Assembly: GCA_018992565.1 (NCBI GenBank) | Contig: JACVGW010000012.1 | Coordinates: 1 to 49,095, forward strand | Source of the DNA: Theionarchaea archaeon | GTDB lineage: Archaea; Methanobacteriota_B; Thermococci; Methanofastidiosales; SZ-28-30 | Direction: 5' to 3' | Length of the DNA: 49,095 nt | Shown: positions 37,818-46,435 of the stretch, one piece after another | How positions within the stretch are numbered: the stretch's first letter is position 1 | Layout of the letters: the number at the start of each line of letters is the position of its first letter | Translations under genes and position numbers: made by a program | The notes under the pieces: generated by a model | Seen by the model: the letters and a program-made list of their open reading frames with translations, nothing else | What the model was told of the DNA's origin: nothing | Database searches by the model: none

Positions 37818-39110
37818 ATGGAAAAACCGATGATCAACCTGATCATTGCAGGACATGTGGACCACGGCAAATCCACCTTGGTCGGGCGCCTTTTTGAGGA
37901 CTTGAACCTTGTCTCCAAGGCTGAAAAAGACAAAGCAGAGCGCGACGCCAAAGACCTGGGGAAAGAGACCTTTAGATATGCATTTGTCATGGACACCAGT
38001 CTCGAAGAGAGGAGACGTGGGCTCACCATTGAATTGGGATTCAAAGCATTTGAAACCCAGAACAGGAGGTTCAACATCATTGATGCTCCGGGGCACTCTG
38101 ACTTTGTGAAGAATATGATCACAGGTGCTGCTGAAGCCGATGCAGGTGTTCTGGTGGTAGACGCTCAGGATACTCTGGAAAAGATCATGCCTCAGACAAA
38201 AGAACATGCCATACTCATGTTAACCCTGGGAGTTGACCAGCTCATTGTTTTCATCAATAAAATGGACCTTGTCTCCTATTCCAAAGATGCCTTTGAGACG
38301 GTCAAAGGAAGGATAAAGGAGTTCTTGTCTTCCCTGGGCTTCTCCAAGATGGAAAACATAATGTATATACCAGGGTCTGCTTTCCACGGAGAGAATGTGT
38401 CCCGCCCTTCATCAAAGATGGATTGGTATAAGGGTCCAACCTTTCTGGAAGCTCTGGACACGCTTGAAGAACCACCCAGACCAGTTGATAGACCCTTCAG
38501 AATGCCTGTACTGAGGACGTTTACGTCTCGCGGTATGGGGAAGATCATTGTCGCAGGGAAGGTGGAGAGCGGTGAAGTGAAAGAAGGAGATACCATACAG
38601 GTGGTCCCCTATGGTGGTACTGGGAAGGTCCTCTCTATTGAGTGGCAGCACAAACGACTGGCCAAGGCTGAACCTGGATTCGATGTAGGGTTAGCTTTGT
38701 CAGGGGCAGTAAACAAGCGAGAAATCAAGAAAGGATACATGGTGTGCAAGACTGGAGAGTTGTCCCAGATGGCAGATCAATTCAAGGCCAGGGTGATGGC
38801 ATGGAACAGGTATCTTGGAACAGGATACTGTCCTCTGATACACTGCCACCAGGCCGTGGTGCCTGTGCAGGTTATGAAGGTGGAGAGCACATTTGATATT
38901 TCCACAGGAGAGGTGCTCTCTGGCAATGTTGAGGGAATACAGCCCGGTCAGGGGGGGATTGTGTGGATTAAACCTCTCAAGCCGCTGGTAATTGAGAAAG
39001 CCTCTGAATTCCCTCGATTATCTCGATTTGCCTTGAGGGATGGAGTTACCACGGTGGCTGCAGGAGTATGTGTGGAAATCATGCCCAAGAAAGAAGAAAA
39101 GAAGAAGTAG
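37818..39110 (+). CDS. Divergent EF-1alpha-family translational GTPase (probable paralogue)
   Basis: GHVDHGKST, ERRRGLTI, DAPGH.DFVKNMITGA and NKMD, with three-domain EF-1alpha length but divergent domain II/III motifs. Confidence 0.88.
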   Translation: MEKPMINLIIAGHVDHGKSTLVGRLFEDLNLVSKAEKDKAERDAKDLGKETFRYAFVMDTSLEERRRGLTIELGFKAFETQNRRFNIIDAPGHSDFVKNMITGAAEADAGVLVVDAQDTLEKIMPQTKEHAILMLTLGVDQLIVFINKMDLVSYSKDAFETVKGRIKEFLSSLGFSKMENIMYIPGSAFHGENVSRPSSKMDWYKGPTFLEALDTLEEPPRPVDRPFRMPVLRTFTSRGMGKIIVAGKVESGEVKEGDTIQVVPYGGTGKVLSIEWQHKRLAKAEPGFDVGLALSGAVNKREIKKGYMVCKTGELSQMADQFKARVMAWNRYLGTGYCPLIHCHQAVVPVQVMKVESTFDISTGEVLSGNVEGIQPGQGGIVWIKPLKPLVIEKASEFPRLSRFALRDGVTTVAAGVCVEIMPKKEEKKK

Positions 39111-39124
39111 GGATTGATTGATAA

Positions 39125-39238
39125 CCCAGCCTGGCATTCGCAGCCATTGATAGTCTGCACCCGTTCAGGTGTGCTTTCAGTATTGAATTCTTCACAGTAC
39201 ACAGGATTCAGCTGGAAGACGGGCCATGCTGGATGGGT
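39125..39238 (+). other. Multi-stem structured 3' region after the EF-1alpha paralogue
   Basis: CCAGCCTGGC/GCCATGCTGG closing stem, GCACC/GGTGT hairpin, and a hairpin of CTTTCAG/CTGGAAG plus TGAATTCT/AGGATTCA. Confidence 0.4.
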
Positions 39239-39306
39239 GGAGGATCTCTTGGTGAGGGACTGACCTGCCTGAGTAAACCTTAAAATATCATCTCCCTACC
39301 TGTACC

Positions 39307-40434
39307 ATGAACCTGGATGATATACGAGCCCGCATTCCCGCTTCCAGACAGTACGTTTATTTGAATCATGCTGCCTGTGCCCCCCTTCCTGTAGACGTAC
39401 AAGCTGCCCAGAAAGAATATGTGGAGGAACGGGCACTCCACGGAGATGTGGTCTACGAACAATGGATAGAGAAAACAGAGGCCACCAGAAGACTTGTAGC
39501 AGACTTCATTGGAGGCCATCCTGAAGAGATTGCTTTTCTTAAGAACACGTCGGAAGGCATAAACCTTGTGGCCACCATGTTGCCCTTTGCTGAGAACGAT
39601 AATGTTGTCACAACTGATCTGGAATTCCCCTCCAATTTCTTGCCCTGGTATGATCTTCAGAGAAAAGGAGTGGAATTCAGGGTGGTGAAAAGCAGAAACC
39701 ACGTGCTGGAGCTTGCAGACTTTGAGAAAGCAATTGATGATAATACCAGGTGCGTGGCTGTCTCTCACGTGGAATTTGCCACCGGATTCAAGAATGATAT
39801 TACTGCTTTGAGTAAGCTGTGCAGCGATCATCATGCATATTTCTTTGTGGACCCCATTCAATCCATGGGTGCACTTCCCTTCAATGTAAGAGAGACTCCC
39901 ATGGACTTCTTTTCAAGTGCCTGTTACAAGTGGCTGATGTCAGAGCTTGGTATTTCCATTTTCTACATTAAGAGAGATCTCATAGACCACTTCCATCCTT
40001 CATATATTGGATGGTTTTCCCTCAAAGACTACCTGGACTATGAGAAATTTAACAGAGAACATCCTGAGATTACCACCACAGCACGGAAATTCGAATGTGG
40101 GAACCTCAACTTCTACGGGGTTTGTACCCTCCACGCCTCTCTCCAGTTCTTGAATCAGTTTTCAAGTACGTGGGTGGAGGAGCGAGTCATGAACCTGGCA
40201 GCTCATGTTATTGATGCTGTGAGCGAAAAAGGGTTTGAAGTCCAGACTCCCTCAGACCATGCAGGCATCGTGAACTTCAAGGTCAAAAATCCAGGTCAGG
40301 TGGTAGAGGCTCTGAAAGCGCGCAACATCATTGTCAGCTCGCGAGCGGGAGGTATCAGGGTATCGGCACACTTCTGGAACACTTGTGAAGAGGTGGATAG
40401 GTTAGTTGAAGCTGTTGAGGACATATGCTGTTGA
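39307..40434 (+). CDS. Class V PLP-dependent enzyme (cysteine desulfurase/lyase-like)
   Basis: YLNHAA, EFPSN, VDPIQ, PLP lysine in SACYKWL, and IRVSAHFWN. No desulfurase active-site Cys loop is evident. Confidence 0.88.
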   Translation: MNLDDIRARIPASRQYVYLNHAACAPLPVDVQAAQKEYVEERALHGDVVYEQWIEKTEATRRLVADFIGGHPEEIAFLKNTSEGINLVATMLPFAENDNVVTTDLEFPSNFLPWYDLQRKGVEFRVVKSRNHVLELADFEKAIDDNTRCVAVSHVEFATGFKNDITALSKLCSDHHAYFFVDPIQSMGALPFNVRETPMDFFSSACYKWLMSELGISIFYIKRDLIDHFHPSYIGWFSLKDYLDYEKFNREHPEITTTARKFECGNLNFYGVCTLHASLQFLNQFSSTWVEERVMNLAAHVIDAVSEKGFEVQTPSDHAGIVNFKVKNPGQVVEALKARNIIVSSRAGGIRVSAHFWNTCEEVDRLVEAVEDICC

Positions 40435-41243
40435 AGATTGCGTATGTGGGAGATAAATTCCGTGGAGTTGCCAGACAGCCAGGACTCCGGACAGTGGAAG
40501 GTGACATCATGAGAGCACTGGAAAAGACGAGGTGCCCCACTGGAGTGCAGGTAGCATCCCGGACCGACAGGGGGGTGTCCGCTCTGGGAAATGTAATTCA
40601 GGTTGAGAGCAGCAGAACCGACCTGTGCAGGATTCTGACCTGCTTGCTGGAAGACATTTGGGTGTACGCATGGACAGAGAGAGCAGTGCCCCTGCGCATG
40701 TGCACCAAGCATTACATGTACGTTCTCCCACAGGAATACGAGAGAAGTCTCGCAAAAGACTGCTGTTCTCTCTTCAGTGGGACTCACAATTTTCGTGCCT
40801 TCTCCAAGGAGAAGAAAAGAGGGGAAAAGGCAAGTACAATCCGCACCATAGCTGTTTCATATGAAGTGGAGGATGGGATGACTCTCTTTCATTTCAGAGG
40901 GAGGAGTTTTCTGTGGCACATGATCCGCTGCATCATGACTGCCATGGTGAGATACATGGAGGGCCAGTGGACAGCAGAAATCATTACAGGTCTTCTGGCA
41001 CAGGATACCAGGATTGACACCACAACACAGGGATGCAGTCTGGCAGTAGGTCCCCGGAAACAAGAAAGACTCCCACCAGCTCCAGCCACCAACTTGCTGC
41101 TTCTGGATCTGGAGTATGGAATTCCTTTTTCAACCGACAATTTCAGCAAAGAAAGGATGCGAACAGAGTTTTCTCACCGTATTGAGTCTCTCCTGGTGCA
41201 AGAACGTATATTTGAGAAAATGATGACTTATGAGAAGAAATAA
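40425..41243 (+). CDS. truA: tRNA pseudouridine(38-40) synthase
   Basis: KIAYVG..F.G..RQP, SRTDRGVSA, GTHNFRAF and FLWHMIR. Confidence 0.9.
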   Translation: MLLKIAYVGDKFRGVARQPGLRTVEGDIMRALEKTRCPTGVQVASRTDRGVSALGNVIQVESSRTDLCRILTCLLEDIWVYAWTERAVPLRMCTKHYMYVLPQEYERSLAKDCCSLFSGTHNFRAFSKEKKRGEKASTIRTIAVSYEVEDGMTLFHFRGRSFLWHMIRCIMTAMVRYMEGQWTAEIITGLLAQDTRIDTTTQGCSLAVGPRKQERLPPAPATNLLLLDLEYGIPFSTDNFSKERMRTEFSHRIESLLVQERIFEKMMTYEKK

Positions 41244-41265
41244 AAAAGAGAAAGAGTCATTTGAT

Positions 41266-42996
41266 CTACTCCTTCTCCAACACCGACTTCAGCTTTTCGT
41301 ATTCCTCTTTGCCAATTTCTCCTTTGGCGTACCGTTCGTCTAGGGTCTCCAGAGCACTTTTCTCTCCTTCTGCAGGTGGAGCAGGTTGTTCTGGTGCAGC
41401 AGATTCTGCTGGCTTGGGCTTTCTTCTCTTCACCAGGAGCACTACTACGACCACGAGAACCACTACAATGACTACCACCACAACGATAACCATCATCCTG
41501 AACTTCTCGATCCTGGCGATTTCCTGGTTGCACAGGTCGATCTTCTCCTGACAGGTGGTTTCCTTCTCTGGATCATCATATTCTTCCCACTTGGCCTTGG
41601 CCTGTTCGAATAGTGCCTTACTCTGCTGGTATCCTGAAGCATTGAAGGTACTGGGAGCTGTCTTGAGGGATTCCTCACCCTGTTCAAGTAAGAGAGATGC
41701 CTCTTCTCTGAGGGCAATCCAATCCTGGCTTTCTTCCACCTTGGCTGCACACTCCTGAGATCGTTCCGTGTACTCTATTTCTTGATATTTCTCCTGTGCC
41801 TTGTTGAACTCCTCGATAGCATTCTCGTATTCCCGCTGGTTATAGTAGTCCATCGCCTGGTCAAAGAGGCTGTTGGCTTCATTTCCGACATTGCACTTCT
41901 CAATGTAGGCGTTGGCATCCTCGATTCCATGGCTGGCATCTGTATTGGAATATATTTCGTTGGATCCCTCAAAGCTCTCAATAGCTTTCTCAAATTCCGT
42001 AATGGCTTGAGAAAACTTGTGGTTCTGATATAATGAGATTGCATTAGACAGTGTCCCCTGTGCCTGTTCATTCATGAGCTTGTATTGCTTGTAAGGACCA
42101 CCTGTTTCGCCAAGCCATTCCACTGCATTGGCCAAAAGATCCATATTCTCTTTCTCTTTTTCAACAATGCAGTTCCAGAACGACTTTTGGCTTGAGAAGA
42201 AGACAGCTCTACCTTTGCCCATTTCCAGAGCAAGCAGGAGGTCCAGAGGTCCTTCTTCCTCATCATCATCTTTGGAGCCCTGTCCAGTTCCAGATAGGTC
42301 TGCGTATGTTTCATCTCCAGACGTAGCCAAAACTTTTCCTGACTCGTAACTGGCAATGGGAATTCCGCTGTACATACCAAATTCAGTGATCCCTTGGGTA
42401 ATGGGATGAGATTTGAAGTCTTCGATTTCCACGAAGTATGCCGCAGGAACGCTCAAGATGATGCCCCTTTCCTCCCAGCGATACTGTCTTCGTGCAGATA
42501 GACTAGACTTTTCTCTTGCTATGGTCACTGTTTCTGAGGAAAACTGAACATCGAAGGAACGTGAGATACTATTGTTTGAGGCTGCAGGATCTGCCAGCAG
42601 CAACAGGCCTCCGCCATTCTCCACAAACTGCTTGATGGCCGATGCTTCATCAGAGCTGTAGCTGTTCTCAAAGGAAGCGATTATCAGCACATCATAGTTC
42701 TTGAGAGTATTGTAGCTGAGTTTTCCTGATCCCCTGACATCGACATAGCCCACATCCTGAATCTTCCTTGAAAGAGTACCTAGCCCCCATGCCTCATCAT
42801 TGTTATTAAAAGAATAACCCCAATTGGTGGACCTGGAGAAGTCTAGCTCCTCAATCAAATACTTCTGCTCTGTATCAGAAATTGCAGATATTCGCGACTC
42901 ATCCACAAGTACCTTAATGTTATCTGATCCACTTGCGATTGGTATAGTACTGAGCAGGAACAAAACTACACATGCACAAACTATTACTTTTTTCAT
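41266..42996 (-). CDS. Secreted/membrane protein: GldG/DUF4350-like domain, TPR-like helices, TM anchor, C-terminal SHOCT domain
   Basis: Signal peptide; 'IKQFVENGGGLLL' and 'GKGRAVF'; helical repeats; poly-Val TM; SHOCT 'LDERYAKGEIGKEEYEK'. Confidence 0.75.
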   Translation of the reverse strand: MKKVIVCACVVLFLLSTIPIASGSDNIKVLVDESRISAISDTEQKYLIEELDFSRSTNWGYSFNNNDEAWGLGTLSRKIQDVGYVDVRGSGKLSYNTLKNYDVLIIASFENSYSSDEASAIKQFVENGGGLLLLADPAASNNSISRSFDVQFSSETVTIAREKSSLSARRQYRWEERGIILSVPAAYFVEIEDFKSHPITQGITEFGMYSGIPIASYESGKVLATSGDETYADLSGTGQGSKDDDEEEGPLDLLLALEMGKGRAVFFSSQKSFWNCIVEKEKENMDLLANAVEWLGETGGPYKQYKLMNEQAQGTLSNAISLYQNHKFSQAITEFEKAIESFEGSNEIYSNTDASHGIEDANAYIEKCNVGNEANSLFDQAMDYYNQREYENAIEEFNKAQEKYQEIEYTERSQECAAKVEESQDWIALREEASLLLEQGEESLKTAPSTFNASGYQQSKALFEQAKAKWEEYDDPEKETTCQEKIDLCNQEIARIEKFRMMVIVVVVVIVVVLVVVVVLLVKRRKPKPAESAAPEQPAPPAEGEKSALETLDERYAKGEIGKEEYEKLKSVLEKE

Positions 42997-43253
42997 TTTG
43001 TCACCTCCCTTAATGTGGCTTGAGATATCCGCGCCTCGGCCCAGAACTGCCCGAGCAATTATCCTGAGTCGACTGATGGAATGTCTTTACTCAGGTATAT
43101 ATAGGTTTCGGATGGAGAGAAAGGAAAGAGAAAAAAGGCAGGATTCTTCAAGAGAAATCATTCCTTCTCTCATCAACGGGGGATTTTAGATCATGGTTAA
43201 GACACTCTTCACCAGAGCATCTGATGTAGAGAAAAATGAGAATAAGTAAAAAA

Positions 43254-44138
43254 CTAAATGTAGTAGATTTCCCGTCCAATCGGAGTACCTGAGCTGGAAT
43301 TATCTGATTTTAGGTCATGATATTCCTTGTCGTTAAACCATCCCCAGATGTCAGGTGTGTAGAAGCTGTAGTACAAATCCTGTTCGAAGTAGTTGCATGA
43401 AGCACATGTAGATTCCAGTGCATACCAGGTGTCTCCCATCTTGAATTCAATCCACGCATGTCCACTCTGGCCTCCTGGGAAGTGGACTACTCCCAGTACT
43501 ACCTTCACATCAGAGGCTGGCACACCTGCTATTCTCATCATGGCACAAAGCAGGATGGATCTATCCTCGCAATCACCCTTTCTCCACTCAATGGTCTCTC
43601 TGGGCAACTGCCAGAAGTCAAACTTGAAGGCCAAAAACTCTTTGGGATATTTCCACTCTTTGGGATTTCCTTCTGTCACATATTCTATCTCTTTACGGAC
43701 ATATTCAAAGATGGCCTGCTGTTTTTCTTCAGTTGTCCTGCACAGACGAGTCACTTCCTCCACTTTTTCGATGACAACGGGATCATCTGTCGTAATGAGG
43801 ACCCGGGGATCTTTAGTCAGAATTTTCTTTTGAAGAGATACTTCACTTTCCAGAACAGATTTCTGGGAATCTAGTTCATCAATCTGCTGCTGGAGTTCTG
43901 CCTGTCTCTGCTGCTCCAGGGGAATACGATTCTCTGTTTCTATAATTTTCTGTTCAGTCTCCTGAAGCTCAGACTCGATGGAAGCAACTTCATCTGTCAC
44001 CTTCTGGGTTTCTTCTGTTATGGAGAAGCTCTTGGTGTGCTCTTCCTGCTGTAAGGTGTAGTACTGGTAGGTTGTACCCATGAAGACAATCATGACTGTA
44101 GCCAGTCCAGCGATCAATAATACTAGTCTCTTGTTCAC
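43254..44138 (-). CDS. Membrane-anchored coiled-coil transglutaminase-like protein (triad intact)
   Basis: TM segment, coiled coil, GDCED, GHAW and LEST. GTG 44138 follows RBS GGGTGA. Confidence 0.85.
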   Translation of the reverse strand: MNKRLVLLIAGLATVMIVFMGTTYQYYTLQQEEHTKSFSITEETQKVTDEVASIESELQETEQKIIETENRIPLEQQRQAELQQQIDELDSQKSVLESEVSLQKKILTKDPRVLITTDDPVVIEKVEEVTRLCRTTEEKQQAIFEYVRKEIEYVTEGNPKEWKYPKEFLAFKFDFWQLPRETIEWRKGDCEDRSILLCAMMRIAGVPASDVKVVLGVVHFPGGQSGHAWIEFKMGDTWYALESTCASCNYFEQDLYYSFYTPDIWGWFNDKEYHDLKSDNSSSGTPIGREIYYI

Positions 44139-44142
44139 GATA

Positions 44143-45114
44143 TCACCCTCTCCGGTATTGCGTGTCGTTGAACCACCACAGCACTCTGACTGTGTGCTCA
44201 TCATAGAACTCATCCCGCGGAGTAGTCGTGAAGGCAAATCCCTTGAAGGGATCCAGTATCCACCAGGTGGTTCCATCGTAGACCTCCACCCAGATCCATC
44301 CATCATTCCCGTCAACTTCTGCAGCTATGAATTTCACGTGTTCAGAAGGCGTTCCCGTTATGCGCAGCATGGTTAGAAGCAATAGGTACTTATCTTCGTA
44401 GTGTCCTTTCCCTCGTCTGAGAATGTCCTCCGGATACTCCCACAAGTCTGTTCTGCCGAACCGGAAAATTGACTCATCATCTTCAATCTCATCCCGGACG
44501 AAGTTGAATAGTGCCATTTGCCTCTGCTTTAACGTGGTCAGTCCGGACGTAATCTCATCTGTCTTTGCCTTCAGGTAGGGGTTATCCACTGTCACGAACT
44601 TGTCGGGGGTACACTGTTCCAGACACTGAAAATACGAGAGCTCTTCTTGCACAGCATCCAATGACTGCTGCGAGGTATTGAACGATTCTTCTAACTGAGA
44701 AGTCATGTCCTCTTCGTCTGTCAGTTCACCCAGGATGGATTGGTATCTGGTTTCTGTCTGGGCAGCCTGTGCTTCTAGCTGGGAAAGCTGAGAATCAACC
44801 ACCTGTTTCTGATGGAGGAGCGTTTCATTCTGGTTCAGCGCCTCTGCATATGCAGAGTAGTACTGGGCTGATAGCAGAATGAATATGATAATAGGAACAA
44901 CCAGCAGACTGGCCAGTATGTAGCCTTTTTGGGACACATTCCCCCGTCCCTGCTTGGTTATAAACCAGGCCCCCTGTTTGTTCTCTGCTAGATTCTTCTC
45001 TTCCAAAGTGATGAGAGTCTGGGCCAGATTCTTGTTGGGAAAGTCCGCTTGCAGTCCCTCGTAGGTTCGAGGTCCCCTGCTCAGAGTTCTCAAAATATCT
45101 TTCTCTAATCCCAC
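44143..45114 (-). CDS. wHTH-TM-coiled-coil transglutaminase-like paralogue with catalytic residues lost
   Basis: N-terminal wHTH ('WFITKQG'); GHYED and GWIW replace GDCED and GHAW. Confidence 0.75.
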   Translation of the reverse strand: MGLEKDILRTLSRGPRTYEGLQADFPNKNLAQTLITLEEKNLAENKQGAWFITKQGRGNVSQKGYILASLLVVPIIIFILLSAQYYSAYAEALNQNETLLHQKQVVDSQLSQLEAQAAQTETRYQSILGELTDEEDMTSQLEESFNTSQQSLDAVQEELSYFQCLEQCTPDKFVTVDNPYLKAKTDEITSGLTTLKQRQMALFNFVRDEIEDDESIFRFGRTDLWEYPEDILRRGKGHYEDKYLLLLTMLRITGTPSEHVKFIAAEVDGNDGWIWVEVYDGTTWWILDPFKGFAFTTTPRDEFYDEHTVRVLWWFNDTQYRRG

Positions 45115-45274
45115 GTAATCACCAGAAGATTATCCTGCCGTAGAGTAATATAAACTTTTCCTCTTCCTTCCATACTGATAATGAGAGGTGTACGGTACAC
45201 TGTGGGCTGCTGAATGCTGTACTTCCTACCTCCACAGGAGAAATCCTTTTATGAGGAAAGGAGAAGGTCTCTGC

Positions 45275-46435
45275 ATGGTAGGTACGGAACCCATGTCGCG
45301 CAGGGATTTCATCAAGAAGTCTGTAGTGGCAGGAGCCGGCCTTGCTCTGGGCGTGTACGGCGTGTCCCGGCTGCTGCAGCACGAGTCCCCTTCTGCGTCC
45401 GGTGACAGTGGACAGCCCTGGAAGTGGTCAAAAGAAGGGTACCACTATATTACTCTGGGAGACTACGTCCAGTGTCAGATCTGCCCCAATCAGTGTGTAC
45501 TGAGAGAAGGAGTCAGGAGTGTATGCCGCAACAAAACCAACTACAAGGGCACCTTATACACACTAGCCTATGGAAACCCGTGCGCAGTTCACGTGGATCC
45601 TGTGGAGAAAAAGCCTCTCTTTCACTTCCTTCCCTCTTCTTCGGTTTATTCTGTAGCCACTGCAGGGTGCAACTTCAGGTGCTTGAACTGCCAGAACTGG
45701 GAAATCTCTCAGAAAAGCCCGGAAGAGACCACAAATATGGAATTGTTCCCTGAGAATGTGGTGATGAAAGCAGAGCAAGCAGGGTGTCAGTGTGTCGGAT
45801 ATACATACAGTGAGCCTACAGCCTGGTATGAGTACATGTACGATACAGCTCGAATTGCCTCACAGAGAAGAATCAAGAATATCTGGGTGACCAATGGCTA
45901 TATGAATGAGCAGCCTTTGAGAGATTTATGTCAGTATCTTGATGCAGCCAATGTGGATGTGAAGAGCTTTGATGAGAGGATCTATCATGAGCTCAATTCT
46001 GGAATGCTACAACCTGTGCTTAACACTTTAAAGATATTGAAAGAGGAAGGGGTGTGGATTGAAATGACTAATCTGGTGATACCAACGTGGACAGACGATC
46101 TGGACATGATCCGTGAAATGTGCCAGTGGCTGTACGAGAATCTGGGTCCTGACTATCCACTGCACTTCTCCCGATTTCATCCTGATTATAAACTGCAGCA
46201 TTTGCCCCCCACTCCCATTGAAATCTTGAAAGAAGCGCACACCATAGCTGAAGAAGAAGGGCTGCACTACGTTTACATTGGGAATGTGCCAGGTGTTGAG
46301 GAGCAGAGCACGGTGTGTCCTTCATGCCAGAGAGTGGTGGTGGAAAGGAATGGGTTCTTCATTGTGCAAATGCATATTCAGAATGGAGCATGTGAATTTT
46401 GTGGAGAGACGGTGGCAGGTGTGTGGTCAGGATGA
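45275..46435 (+). CDS. amrS: AmmeMemoRadiSam system radical SAM enzyme with twin-arginine-like N-terminus
   Basis: SRRDFIK, CQICPNQC, DPVEKKPLFHF, CNFRCLNCQNW, YTYSEP and YVYIGNV. Confidence 0.92.
   Translation: MVGTEPMSRRDFIKKSVVAGAGLALGVYGVSRLLQHESPSASGDSGQPWKWSKEGYHYITLGDYVQCQICPNQCVLREGVRSVCRNKTNYKGTLYTLAYGNPCAVHVDPVEKKPLFHFLPSSSVYSVATAGCNFRCLNCQNWEISQKSPEETTNMELFPENVVMKAEQAGCQCVGYTYSEPTAWYEYMYDTARIASQRRIKNIWVTNGYMNEQPLRDLCQYLDAANVDVKSFDERIYHELNSGMLQPVLNTLKILKEEGVWIEMTNLVIPTWTDDLDMIREMCQWLYENLGPDYPLHFSRFHPDYKLQHLPPTPIEILKEAHTIAEEEGLHYVYIGNVPGVEEQSTVCPSCQRVVVERNGFFIVQMHIQNGACEFCGETVAGVWSG

Noticed and set aside
37218..38207. 329-aa antisense ORF and the many other short overlapping ORFs in the track
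   Set aside because: They are shadow frames of well-supported genes, with no motifs or RBS.
37818..39110. SelB or CysN assignment
   Set aside because: It has EF-1alpha-specific G-domain helices and GHVDHGKST (not the CysN GSVDDGKST), no SelB C-terminal domain IV, and no cysD or sel genes nearby.
45275..46435. Sixth radical SAM as part of the RiPP cluster
   Set aside because: It is clearly AmrS-family, coupled to MEMO/AMMECR1, and has no SPASM or RRE domain.
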